DNA of 32,000 nt. It comes from Bacteroidota bacterium. Lineage in GTDB: Bacteria; Bacteroidota; Bacteroidia; Bacteroidales; F082. Under the pieces are notes generated by a model, which searched no databases, was not told the DNA's origin, and saw only the letters and a list, made by a program, of their open reading frames with translations. Positions 1-9,900 of the stretch are shown here, in pieces. Position 1 is the stretch's first letter, and each line of letters starts with the position of its first letter. The stretch covers positions 116 through 32,115 of the forward strand of contig JABMPH010000377.1 in the NCBI GenBank assembly GCA_013203805.1, in the 5' to 3' direction. Both the position numbers and the translations under genes were made by a program.

Positions 1-5
1 AAAAA

Positions 6-1298
6 ATGAAACCCGATGAGAATATTAGCTTAAACCTCCGTGTTAGGGGAATAAAACAATCACCAACTCTGGCAATCAACGAACTAAGTAAAGCATTGTC
101 GAAACAAGGTAAAAAGATTTATGCAATGGGTTTAGGACAATCACCCTTTCCTGTACCTTCGGTTGTTGTTGAAGCACTAAAATATAATGCACACGAAAAG
201 GATTACTTAAACGTAAAGGGGCTTGAGGCACTACGACAGGCAGTTGCAAATTTTCATCGCCAAAAGGATAATGTAAATATTAAGGCGAAAGATGTAATAA
301 TAGGCCCTGGTTCAAAGGAGCTTATGTTTATATTACTAATGGTATTTTACGGGGATGTCATAACGCCGACACCATGTTGGGTCTCTTACGGCCCGCAGGC
401 TAAAATAATTGGGAGGAATATCCAATTTATCCACACAACTTATGAAAATAAGTGGCGTATAACTGCTAAACAATTAAGTGAGTTTTTGACTAGTGAGAAC
501 GACCATTACAAACCGAGGATATTAATCCTAAATTACCCTTCCAATCCTGATGGTGGGACATACAATCCCAATGAGTTGAAAAAGATTGCCAAAGTCGCCG
601 GTAAGCACAAATTAATAATATTATCTGATGAAATCTACGGTCAGCTTCATTTTAAACGAAGGCACGTATCGATTGCCCAATATTACCCGGAAAGAACGAT
701 TATTAGTTCCGGGATATCAAAATGGTGCGGCGCAGGGGGATGGCGATTGGGAACATTTGCTTTTCCACCAAAATTTGAATGGTTGCTTAATGCAATGGCT
801 GCAGTAGCAAGTGAAACCTACACATCGGTTTCAGCCCCCATACAATATGCTGCCGTACGGGCTTTTAAGGGCGGTATTCAAATTGAAAGGTATTTATGGC
901 ATTCGCGCCGTATTCTGGAACAATTGGCCAAACAATGTACTGATATATTAGTTATTGGAGATATAAAAGTGCATTTACCCGATGGTGGGTTTTATCTGTT
1001 CCTCGATTTTACCCAACTTAATGAAGCACTTAGATCGAGGGGAATTGTAAGAAGTAGCACCCTATGCGAAAAACTACTTAATGATACAGGTGTTGCCATA
1101 CTTCCCGGAGAAGCATTTCAACGTCCGCCGGAAGAATTAACAGCCCGCCTTGCTTTCGTAAATTTTAACGGAGCTTCTGCCTTATCGGCGAGTGAAACAA
1201 TCCCTCTCAGTGAAAATCTTCCTGAAGATTTTACCAGCTATTATGCCGGTAACGTTATCGAAGGGATGCATAAAATTGTTGAATGGATTAAGAATTGA
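6..1298 (+). CDS. PLP-dependent aminotransferase, class I/II fold (AspAT-like); substrate unknown
   Basis: 430-aa ORF. Fold-type I aminotransferase motifs: LNYPSNPDGG (N-P-x-G), LSDEIYGQL, SSGISKWCGAGGWRLG (SxSK...GxRxG with the Schiff-base Lys). ATG at 6 follows an A-run. Confidence 0.85.
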   Translation: MKPDENISLNLRVRGIKQSPTLAINELSKALSKQGKKIYAMGLGQSPFPVPSVVVEALKYNAHEKDYLNVKGLEALRQAVANFHRQKDNVNIKAKDVIIGPGSKELMFILLMVFYGDVITPTPCWVSYGPQAKIIGRNIQFIHTTYENKWRITAKQLSEFLTSENDHYKPRILILNYPSNPDGGTYNPNELKKIAKVAGKHKLIILSDEIYGQLHFKRRHVSIAQYYPERTIISSGISKWCGAGGWRLGTFAFPPKFEWLLNAMAAVASETYTSVSAPIQYAAVRAFKGGIQIERYLWHSRRILEQLAKQCTDILVIGDIKVHLPDGGFYLFLDFTQLNEALRSRGIVRSSTLCEKLLNDTGVAILPGEAFQRPPEELTARLAFVNFNGASALSASETIPLSENLPEDFTSYYAGNVIEGMHKIVEWIKN

Positions 1299-1337
1299 AA
1301 AATATTTTGATATTTTTACGAATCTTAGGCTAAATAC

Positions 1338-2153
1338 ATGACTCGACCATTACTCTTCAATCATATCCCTAAAACAGGTGGCACTACACTCAGAATAATA
1401 CTAAACAGGGTATATGGGGTAGATAAGGTTTTCTTTATTAACAGTAAGAATATCAATGAATCAGTTGAGAAATTCAAGCATATGGGTGTAGCCGAACGAA
1501 ATAGCTACAAGGTTATTTCGGGTCATGGTGCGGAGAGGTTTGCTGATTTGATTGAAAATCCGTTTAGGGTCAGTATTATCCGCGAACCGATTTCCATGTT
1601 TATTTCACAATATCATTACCTCAGACAGAGTACAAACTCCAATTTCCTTGCAGATGTTAGCACTTTAAAATCTGAGGAAGATTATCTGGATTATGCAATT
1701 GGTATGGGACAAGATAACCTGCTAACCAGATATTTCTCCAATTCAATGCAATGGCTTGCCAACCCCAATATTCAAATTCCAAATATGGAAAAGAATGGAA
1801 AAGATCTTTTAGGTCAAGCCAAAGAAAATTTGCTCAATTACAACTTCTTAACCGATCTGTCAAATTTTGATAAGGGGATTTTTAGATTATCACAAGAATT
1901 AAGATGGAGTAGAATACCAATGTACAGACCAAGCAATATAACACCAAAACAAAACAAACAAGTTAATTTTTCCGATAATTATTATAATCGACTAAAGCAT
2001 ATACTCAGGTGGGATATTGAATTATATGATTATTTTAAGAGTGAAAAACTTGATGCAATATTCTCCGAAACAAAGGTAGGGTATAGTTATAAGCTATTTA
2101 TGTGGAGACAAAATGGGATTTCAGGGTTAGCGAGACTTATGGGCAAGAATTAG
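1338..2153 (+). CDS. Sulfotransferase, family 2 (PAPS-dependent, Sulfotransfer_2-like), cytoplasmic
   Basis: 271-aa ORF. N-terminal FNHIPKTGGTTL matches the 5'-phosphosulfate-binding loop (PKxGxT). IIREPISMFISQYHY matches the 3'-phosphate-binding R-x-P...S-x-Y motif. No signal peptide or TM segment. Confidence 0.75.
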   Translation: MTRPLLFNHIPKTGGTTLRIILNRVYGVDKVFFINSKNINESVEKFKHMGVAERNSYKVISGHGAERFADLIENPFRVSIIREPISMFISQYHYLRQSTNSNFLADVSTLKSEEDYLDYAIGMGQDNLLTRYFSNSMQWLANPNIQIPNMEKNGKDLLGQAKENLLNYNFLTDLSNFDKGIFRLSQELRWSRIPMYRPSNITPKQNKQVNFSDNYYNRLKHILRWDIELYDYFKSEKLDAIFSETKVGYSYKLFMWRQNGISGLARLMGKN

Positions 2154-2210
2154 TAATTTCAATTGTATGTTGTTGAGGGGTGGTCTCAGCAATCATCTCA
2201 AATATATATT

Positions 2211-3704
2211 ATGATAAGATTAATACAAAATGCCTATAACTATCTGGAACGGACTGCAGTAATAAGCAATGGTGCTAATTATACATATAAACACCTCCTT
2301 GATGCTTCAGAAAGTATTGCAATAAAATTATTGGACGGGAAGAAAGATTTAGCTGAGGCCAGAATAGCCTTTATTGTTCCCCCGGGTTTTGATTATGTTA
2401 GTATTCAATGGGGAATATGGCGGGCAGGAGGAATCGCAGTACCTTTGTGTGTAAGCCACCCAATTTCATCTATAAAATATGTTTTACAAGATTCACAAGT
2501 TTCAACTATTGTATTTTCAAGAGAATTTGAAACCCTGATTTCACAGCTATACAGTGATCCTAATTTACGGTTTGTTAATATAGATCAACTTAAAAATGAA
2601 ACTGGAATATTACCAGTAATTGAGGATGATCGAAGGGCAATGATAATATATACAAGTGGAACTACAGGTTCACCAAAAGGCGTTGTATCCACTCATCAAA
2701 ACATTGAAGCACAGATAACCTCATTAACTGTGGCATGGGAATGGAACCAAAACGACCATATCTTGAACGTATTACCAATGCATCATGTTCATGGAATTGT
2801 GAATGTATTATGCTGTGCCTTATGGAGTGGAGCATGTTGCGAATTTCTAGACAAATTTAATCCTGAAAAAACATTCATTATATTCTGTAAAAATGAGGTC
2901 AACATTTTTATGGCAGTACCTACAATTTACTTTAAGCTAATATCATATTATAATGAGCTTCCGGGTGACATACAAAAATCAATAACTGAGTCTCTAAATA
3001 AATTTCGTCTAATGGTTTCGGGATCAGCAGCACTTCCCATTTCTATTTTTGAGAAATGGAAACAAATAAGTGGTCATACGTTGCTTGAACGTTACGGAAT
3101 GACAGAAATCGGAATGGCAATTAGCAATCCGTACAAAGGGGAAAGAAAAGCAGGCTATATTGGGCAACCATTACCCAATGTTCAAGCAAGGCTCATTGAC
3201 GAAAACAATATGCCGGTTGAAAATGAAGGTGGTGAAATACAGATTAAAGGGCCAAATGTATTTAAAGAATATTGGGGCAAACCATTGGAAACTAAAGATT
3301 CATTTACCGCAGATGGTTGGCTTAAAACAGGGGATATTTCTGTATATGAAAATGGGAGTTACAAAATTCTAGGAAGAAATTCAGTAGATATAATTAAGTC
3401 GGGTGGCTATAAAATTTCAGCATTGGAGATTGAGGAAGTATTACGATCGCATCCTCAAATAAAGGATTGTGCAGTGGTTGGACTTCCTGATGATGAATGG
3501 GGTGAGATAATTGCTGCAAGTTTGGTAATTGATGATAAGAAAATAAATATAAATGAACTCAACGAGTGGCTCAAAAACAAACTACCTAACTATAAAATAC
3601 CTAGTAAATATATAATACAAGACGACCTTCCAAGAAATATGATGGGAAAAGTGACTAAAAAAGAATTAATTAGCCTTTTTAACGCCGAAAGAGTTAAAGA
3701 ATAA
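2211..3704 (+). CDS. AMP-forming acyl-CoA synthetase, ACSF3/MatB (malonyl-CoA synthetase)-like
   Basis: AMP-binding signature IIYTSGTTGSPKGV, YGMTE, TGDIS. GRNSVDIIKSGGYKISALEIEEVL closely resembles the ACSF3/MatB family as I recall it. The ORF track starts at TTG 2163, but the in-frame ATG at 2211 (MIRLIQNAY...) is the more plausible start. Confidence 0.85.
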   Translation: MIRLIQNAYNYLERTAVISNGANYTYKHLLDASESIAIKLLDGKKDLAEARIAFIVPPGFDYVSIQWGIWRAGGIAVPLCVSHPISSIKYVLQDSQVSTIVFSREFETLISQLYSDPNLRFVNIDQLKNETGILPVIEDDRRAMIIYTSGTTGSPKGVVSTHQNIEAQITSLTVAWEWNQNDHILNVLPMHHVHGIVNVLCCALWSGACCEFLDKFNPEKTFIIFCKNEVNIFMAVPTIYFKLISYYNELPGDIQKSITESLNKFRLMVSGSAALPISIFEKWKQISGHTLLERYGMTEIGMAISNPYKGERKAGYIGQPLPNVQARLIDENNMPVENEGGEIQIKGPNVFKEYWGKPLETKDSFTADGWLKTGDISVYENGSYKILGRNSVDIIKSGGYKISALEIEEVLRSHPQIKDCAVVGLPDDEWGEIIAASLVIDDKKININELNEWLKNKLPNYKIPSKYIIQDDLPRNMMGKVTKKELISLFNAERVKE

Positions 3705-3777
3705 AAATAGCTCGGTTCGTGGTAATTATGCATCAACCTTCATACAATTTACCCCTAACATTCCAACTAAATCAACA

Positions 3778-5508
3778 CTATTTATCCAATCCCAAATCAA
3801 CAACATTTGCCTCAATGGGTTCAAGATACCATGTTGGTTCACTAACACCATTACTTGTTGCCCATGTACCAAATTTTGGATATGCAAATAATATATCAAC
3901 CTTTTCTTTTGGACTTTTATATGTACCAGCTGTTATAATTTCCATCCCCCAAGGCAAGCCATTTGATGTTTTATAATCTCCGGCATCATTAACCGTATTA
4001 AACAAAGCAGTATTTATTGTAGCTGTTTGAGGGAATCCACTTCGATGCACCTCATGGCTTCTATTACCTGTTCTAAATAGATATAACTCAGGAACAAAAT
4101 CAGCAGCATTATCATTAAATACAATTGTAAACCTAAGGGTATCAGGAACCTCAGTTGGACCTGAACCATTATTTTGATATTCATTATTGGTTGTTACAAA
4201 AACATCATTTGTTAGAATCAACCCATTTGTATTGTCCGGATCTAAGTTAACATCACCGCTAACACTTTCAATAATATTATCTGCAAAAGGTTCCTTGGTG
4301 TTTGTATATAACATCAGTGCAATTCCATTGTGTAAGCTTGCTCCAATTGCATCAATACTCACTTTGAAACTTGCTTCAACAAGGTTAAGATCAGCATCTT
4401 TGATTATTTTTACCTGATTGGACATAACTAAATCATTAAAGTCGAAATCTCCCAATGAAGGCCATAAATCTTCAAATGCAACTACTTGTTTTCCATCTTC
4501 AGGGAAATAAGTAATAAATGCTCCATCTCCATCATCAGGCAATTGATCCCAACGATCAATAACGCCGTCACCATCTGCATCACATGAAATTTCGAAGTTA
4601 TCAAGAAAGTTTCCAACACTTTGACTACTACTAGCTGATGATATTGATTCGAATACAAAAACAGTTGTAGTTTGATCGGCCGGCACATTGTATGAACCAG
4701 AATAATGTCCCCATGCAGTTGTACCATCACTCATCGTAGCCTGAGATACTGCTGTTTCAACTGTTGCACCAATTTTTACCTCTGCAACGTCAACACCACT
4801 TCTTCCACGATGCCAAACAGACCAGTATATAGTAGAACCAGGCTCCAAGCATAGCTCCTGAAATAAAGCTGCAACCTGATTTGCATTAAGTTCGAAAAAT
4901 TGTCTTCCTTCTTGAGCTGGTACGCCTTGAAAACCACTTACCCACATTTCAATTTTATTATCAGTGGCAGTGGTTTCCCAACCTGGAACTGCATCTTCAT
5001 TATACAAACCCCAACCTGAAGCACGATAAGGTAGTTCAGCACCTCCATTTTCCATGGGATTATCGCATGCAGTACAGCTAACAACATCTGTTGATTTTAA
5101 TGATGGATAAATATAATCAACAGTAGGACCCAATACAATTGTCATTTGTCCTAATTCCTCAATCTTAATTTTATCTGTAGTAACAGGAAAATAAACATAA
5201 AAATCAGCATCTTCAGGAAAATTAACTTCAAACGTTGCTGTATTATTATAAACTATTTTATGATCAATAACAGTTCCCTGATCATTAATAATCTGAATAT
5301 ATTCAAGTTCTGTTGAAACGTTCAAAGGATTATCAAGGGTAATCGTTAATTCACCCTGCTTACTAGCCGACCAATTAAAATCGGCAGAAACATCCAATTC
5401 TAACATACTTTGTGTTATTTCTGGTTCCGGGTCATCAGTTTTTTTATTGTTGCATGAAATTATGCTTATTGCTAGAAGCAGTAAAGATGTTAGTCTATAA
5501 AGTTTCAT
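3778..5508 (-). CDS. LruC-domain (DUF4842-like) lipoprotein with a jelly-roll (DUF642-like) module and a thrombospondin-type-3-like Ca-binding motif
   Basis: Signal peptide plus lipobox-like LAISIISC|NN. VAFEDLWPSLGDFDFNDLV is the hallmark start of the LruC domain. CDADGDGVIDRWDQLPDDGDG is a DxDxDG Ca-binding repeat. ATG at 5508 is preferred over TTG at 5535 because a TATATTTG box lies at 5533-5540. Confidence 0.7.
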   Translation of the reverse strand: MKLYRLTSLLLLAISIISCNNKKTDDPEPEITQSMLELDVSADFNWSASKQGELTITLDNPLNVSTELEYIQIINDQGTVIDHKIVYNNTATFEVNFPEDADFYVYFPVTTDKIKIEELGQMTIVLGPTVDYIYPSLKSTDVVSCTACDNPMENGGAELPYRASGWGLYNEDAVPGWETTATDNKIEMWVSGFQGVPAQEGRQFFELNANQVAALFQELCLEPGSTIYWSVWHRGRSGVDVAEVKIGATVETAVSQATMSDGTTAWGHYSGSYNVPADQTTTVFVFESISSASSSQSVGNFLDNFEISCDADGDGVIDRWDQLPDDGDGAFITYFPEDGKQVVAFEDLWPSLGDFDFNDLVMSNQVKIIKDADLNLVEASFKVSIDAIGASLHNGIALMLYTNTKEPFADNIIESVSGDVNLDPDNTNGLILTNDVFVTTNNEYQNNGSGPTEVPDTLRFTIVFNDNAADFVPELYLFRTGNRSHEVHRSGFPQTATINTALFNTVNDAGDYKTSNGLPWGMEIITAGTYKSPKEKVDILFAYPKFGTWATSNGVSEPTWYLEPIEANVVDLGLDK

Positions 5509-5532
5509 GAGTAAAGCCCTTTCTTTTTTGTT

Positions 5533-5540
5533 CAAATATA
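5533..5540 (-). promoter_or_regulatory. Bacteroidota-type -7 promoter box (TATATTTG = TAnnTTTG) for the LruC lipoprotein gene
   Basis: Plus-strand caaatata is TATATTTG on the minus strand, 25 nt upstream of ATG 5508. Confidence 0.4.
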
Positions 5541-5674
5541 ATACATAAGCATTAGCAATGCAAGTGCCACAATTTCAATCAAAGCATAAACACCATAAGA
5601 ACCGAACAATAACTACAATAAATAAAAATTTGTTTTCCATAATTGGGAATTATATTTCATTATGAAAAAACTTC

Positions 5675-6922
5675 TCACCAAGCTATTCTCGGAATTATGA
5701 CTATGGAATAGCCAATATTATCTGGATGTATGGTATATTGGTCATGAACCTTTCTTCCCCATAAAGTGTCACCCCCTACTCCCATTTGCAAATGATCAAA
5801 GTTCCAATGAACAACCTTTCCAGCCTCAATATCTGCACCATATTTTGACGCTACTGGTACTAATCCTGAGGCAGACATACCTCCCCCTTTACCAACTTTA
5901 AAATCAAGTTCAGATGCTGCGAAGTGCCAAACACTGCACGAAAGAAATTTACTATCCAACGGTTGAACAGTAACATACAAACTATCCGATTCCAGTGTCA
6001 TCCATCTAACATCAGTTTCATTACCGATTTCCTGTGGTCGTGGATAGCGATGAAACTGATCCTCCACCCTACCTTCATAAATTGCTATTTTACCGGATGA
6101 TTTCCTATCCCAATAGGTTTCGTGCGGACCACGACCATACCAGCTAACGTTTGAATAACTTTGAGGCATCATCATAGATAAACCAACTCTTGGAATATTC
6201 GGGAGTGAATCTGATAATATTCTAAAATTATAATCAATAATTATTTCACCCATTGCTGTTAAAGTATAATCCAGGATTAACTCAGCAATACTATCCGGAA
6301 AGCTATACATTGCTGATTTTGCACCCGCAAAATGAAGTATAATATCCTCATTTATCCAATCAAATGGAATATTAAAAACATGGCGGTATGTCCCAACCGG
6401 ATTATAATCTTCAGGTACGTCAGGCCAATGGGTTGAAAATGGATATCTCTCATCTAAATAAATCGGATAATCGTAACCTTGCACTTCCCAGTTTGCCGGC
6501 ACTGGAATAGTATTCCATTCAGAATCGTCAAGATTAATATCATAAAACTTTATAATACGATCCTTGGGTGATTTTACCCAATTGAATTTCCAATCACGGT
6601 ACAAAGATAAGAGCCGGCAAGATTCTTCCCTCCTATTTTGCATTGCTTTTTCTTCTGATTCATAGGCAAAAAAATCAGCTTGGGGATCGAGTTTATTTAC
6701 TCCAAATATTGTGTGATCGCTATGAAACTCGTTATGAACAATTTCATCCTGTTGAGTTAATGAAAGGCTATTTTGTTCATGTTTTGATGTGTTTAGAGAT
6801 TCTTCACTTCGTTCAGAATGACAAAGGAAGGTATTGTGTTCTAAAAAACTATCTCCCTGTTTTTGAGATAAACATGGAACAAAGAACAATATAAATAGAA
6901 GGCTGAATATATTTTTTGCCAT
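5675..6922 (-). CDS. GH2 beta-galactosidase remnant: N-terminal sugar-binding domain fused in frame to the C-terminal Bgal_small_N domain, with the catalytic TIM barrel absent (probable pseudogene or non-catalytic derivative)
   Basis: aa ~70-206 (NKLDPQADFFAYESE..WKFNW..WNTIPVPANWEVQGYDYPIY..NPVGTYR..ILHFAGAKSAMY) is GH2 domain 1. From aa 207 (SFPDS...IPRVGLSMMMP..WYGRGPHETYWDRK..RPQEIGNETDVRW..HLQMGVGGD) it is LacZ domain 5. There is no NE[AS]G acid/base motif and no CEYAHAMGN nucleophile motif. Confidence 0.8.
   Translation of the reverse strand: MAKNIFSLLFILFFVPCLSQKQGDSFLEHNTFLCHSERSEESLNTSKHEQNSLSLTQQDEIVHNEFHSDHTIFGVNKLDPQADFFAYESEEKAMQNRREESCRLLSLYRDWKFNWVKSPKDRIIKFYDINLDDSEWNTIPVPANWEVQGYDYPIYLDERYPFSTHWPDVPEDYNPVGTYRHVFNIPFDWINEDIILHFAGAKSAMYSFPDSIAELILDYTLTAMGEIIIDYNFRILSDSLPNIPRVGLSMMMPQSYSNVSWYGRGPHETYWDRKSSGKIAIYEGRVEDQFHRYPRPQEIGNETDVRWMTLESDSLYVTVQPLDSKFLSCSVWHFAASELDFKVGKGGGMSASGLVPVASKYGADIEAGKVVHWNFDHLQMGVGGDTLWGRKVHDQYTIHPDNIGYSIVIIPRIAW
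6796..6822 (-). repeat. Short structured repeat-like element (minus strand GTCATTCTGAACGAAGTGAAGAATCTC) embedded in frame in the N-terminal linker of the GH2 remnant
   Basis: It translates as CHSERSEESL. I recognise this 'gtcattc..gaacgaag..gaagaatc' family as a small dispersed hairpin element of Bacteroidota genomes that is often mistranslated as tiny ORFs. It can fold as ATTCT/AGAAT with tandem G.A pairs and a GAA loop. Only one copy was seen in this window. Confidence 0.4.
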
Positions 6923-6924
6923 AA

Positions 6925-9900
6925 TTATTGTTTCATGAAATCTTCTTTAAACACTGATCTTAATCTGAAAATTAGCTCAATGGCATTATCCAGTGAGAAA
7001 ATAATTGGTGGTTTAATTTTAATAACGTTACTGTCTTTACCATCTACACTCATAAGTATACCTAAATCCTTCATTCTGTTTGCCAAATATGCAGTTTTAT
7101 CTGTGAAAGGATTTTTGTTTTGATCAACAAGTTCAAATCCTAAAAATAGTCCCTGACCACGCACATCACCAATTATTGAGAACTCATTTTGTAGATTATA
7201 TAGTTCTTTTTTCAGAAATCCACCAACTTCCAATGCATTTTTTTGAAGATCTTCATCCTTGATTACACGAAGAAGCTCGAGCCCGATGGCGCATGAAACC
7301 GGATTGCCTCCAAAGGTGTTAAAATATTCCATTCCATTAGCAAAAGCCTCTGCAACAACTTGGGTACAAACTACTGCAGCCAAAGGATGTCCATTGCCAA
7401 TTGGTTTGCCAATTGTAACAATATCGGGAATAACATTATGCAATTGAAAACCCCAAAACTTACTTCCCACACGGCCACACCCTACCTGGACTTCATCGGC
7501 AATACATACTCCCCCTGATTGTCGAACCAGCTTGTAGGCCTTTGCCAAATAACCTTCAGGTAATTCAATTTGTCCGCCACAGCTTATAATGCTTTCGCAG
7601 ATAAATGCTGCTATATTTCTATCTTTTGAATGTATATTATCTAGTTGATCTTGAATATGTGAAGCATATTTTGGGCCTGTATTTTTACCCTGATACATAC
7701 CTCTGAAGGAATCAGGCAATGGGACAATATGTGTATGCTCAGGTGCTCCATTTCCACCTTTACCATCAAATTTATATGAACTGATATCAATGCATCCGGA
7801 GGTATTACCATGATAGCCTACTTCAACCGCGATAATATCCTTTTGCCCGGTTACAGCTTTGGCCATTCGTAAAGCAAGTTCATTGGCTTCACTTCCAGAA
7901 TTAACAAAATGAACTACAGATAGTTCATCGGGGAAAGTGCTCAGTAACTCCTCCGCAAAATCATTGATATTATTATGAAGATACCGTGTGTTTGTGTTTA
8001 AAATAGACATCTGATTTCGGCCTGCTTCAACAACTCTGGGATGCTCGTGGCCAACATGCGCAACATTATTTACAGTATCTAAATACTTGCGTCCCATATT
8101 ATCCATCAAATAAACTCCCGAACCTCTTACAATTCGTAAAGGTTTGGAATAAGGTAAACTTAAACTCTTTCCAAGATGCCTATTTCTGTAGTTAATTAAT
8201 TTTGAGTCTTCAATTGTCTCATTAACAATCAGATTCTTATTCGTAAAAAGAATATTTGGATCAGGACAGATACTCTTCCAAACATCAATCTTATGAGGAT
8301 AGGTAACTCCGGGAAAGTCATGTTCATTTCCTAACATATCCAACATAACCTGAAAATGTAAATGGCTTTCCCAATTCCCGTTTTCTTCAGGCACACCAAG
8401 TTCACTAATCTTCTGACCTCTTTTTATAATATCACCTTTCCTTAGGTCCATCACACTATCAACACTTTGATGTCCGTAAAGTGTATAAAAACTGAATTTA
8501 TCAATATTGTGTTTTAATATTATAAGTCCTCCATAATCCTTATCACCTGTACTAACAACAGCAATTTCCACTTCCCCATCAAATAACGCGTGGACGGGAG
8601 TATGGGCAGGCAACCAAAAGTCGATTCCGAGATGAACACTTCGAAAAACTGATCCGTTATTGCTTTCAGTTTTAAAGGCATCGGTTACATAAAGTGGTCG
8701 CGGTTCCAAATATCCACCTGCAATTATTGCATCAGGATTTTTACTTTGCAATTGGCTTAATTTAAACGCCATTATATCACTATCATTATACTCAGTTTCA
8801 TGGCCTAACCAGGTACTTTCAACACTCATATCTACCAACAGAACCTCATTCCTGCCAACAGTAGGAAAAAGATCCAACAATGAAAAAGATTGTTTTTTTG
8901 CCCAATCAATGAAATGTTTATAGTTTGGATGAGGTGTATACCCACAAGCATTTCGGAAACTGCACGTGGCAAAATTGGCATCAATATTAATCCACTTATT
9001 TAGAACATCCCATGCCGGATTTTCACTGATAAGCAAGTAATCATTTTCAGGTTCTTTTTGTTTATTTATTGCCGATTTGGTTACACTTATGATTAGTCGC
9101 ATGGCTACAAGAGTGTAGAGTAATTCCAATTCATTTTCTGTTATAGGAAAACTACTATGATAGCCGGCAACAATTGGTAATGATGCATCAAGAACATCCT
9201 CTTTAGTCATCACTGCATAAGCGATGGTAATGGCAAGATCGTTAATAGTTCGAGTATGGATTGCATCGCCATAATCAATGATCGACACAACTTTGGTAAC
9301 TGTCAAATCCTCACTTACGATAATATTATTATCATTTACATCATTGTGAACTACACTTTTCCTTAGTTTCGAATACTGCTGAGCTTTATTATCAAATCTA
9401 TCAAGGAAATATTCAATAATTTGTTTCTGATTATTGCTAAATAGATGGATGTACTTAGAAGTCCATGATGCTTGTGCTATGTCCCATTCAAAATCACGAT
9501 GGGCAACTTGATGGTCAAAATCAGATAAAGCCGATGTTATTAACCCTGCATGCTCTCCAAGACTCTTGAGCAGTTCCTCATTAATTGGGTTAATCGTAGA
9601 CCATAACCTTCCCGGCACCCACGAAAGTAATCGTACGATTCTAGTTTGTCCATTTTCGTCAATTATAGTGCTAGTTAAATCACCATGCATATTAGGAATA
9701 ACACAAGGAGAGTTACTAACCAACCTGCTAGTGTGTAAATGAACAAGAATAGAATTTTGATATTCGATGTATTCAATATCTGCACCAGGTCGGCTAACTT
9801 TTAGCAGATAGCAATCTACGGAAGTAGTAATCTTAAAATTAAAATCAAATTCTCCCGGCAATGGAGTTATATCACCTTCAAGATTGTACCAATGACTTGC

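Noticed and set aside
2163-2210. Longer TTG-initiated starts in the ORF track (2163, 5535, 12620, 21582)
   Set aside because: In each case an in-frame ATG slightly downstream gives a sensible N-terminus (a signal peptide or the homolog's length). That ATG also avoids overlap with a neighbouring gene or with a TAnnTTTG promoter box.
3719-4417. Plus-strand ORFs 3719-3976 and 4187-4417
   Set aside because: Both lie antisense within or against the well-supported LruC lipoprotein gene. Their composition is low-complexity and hydrophobic, as is typical of shadow ORFs, and neither has a recognisable motif.
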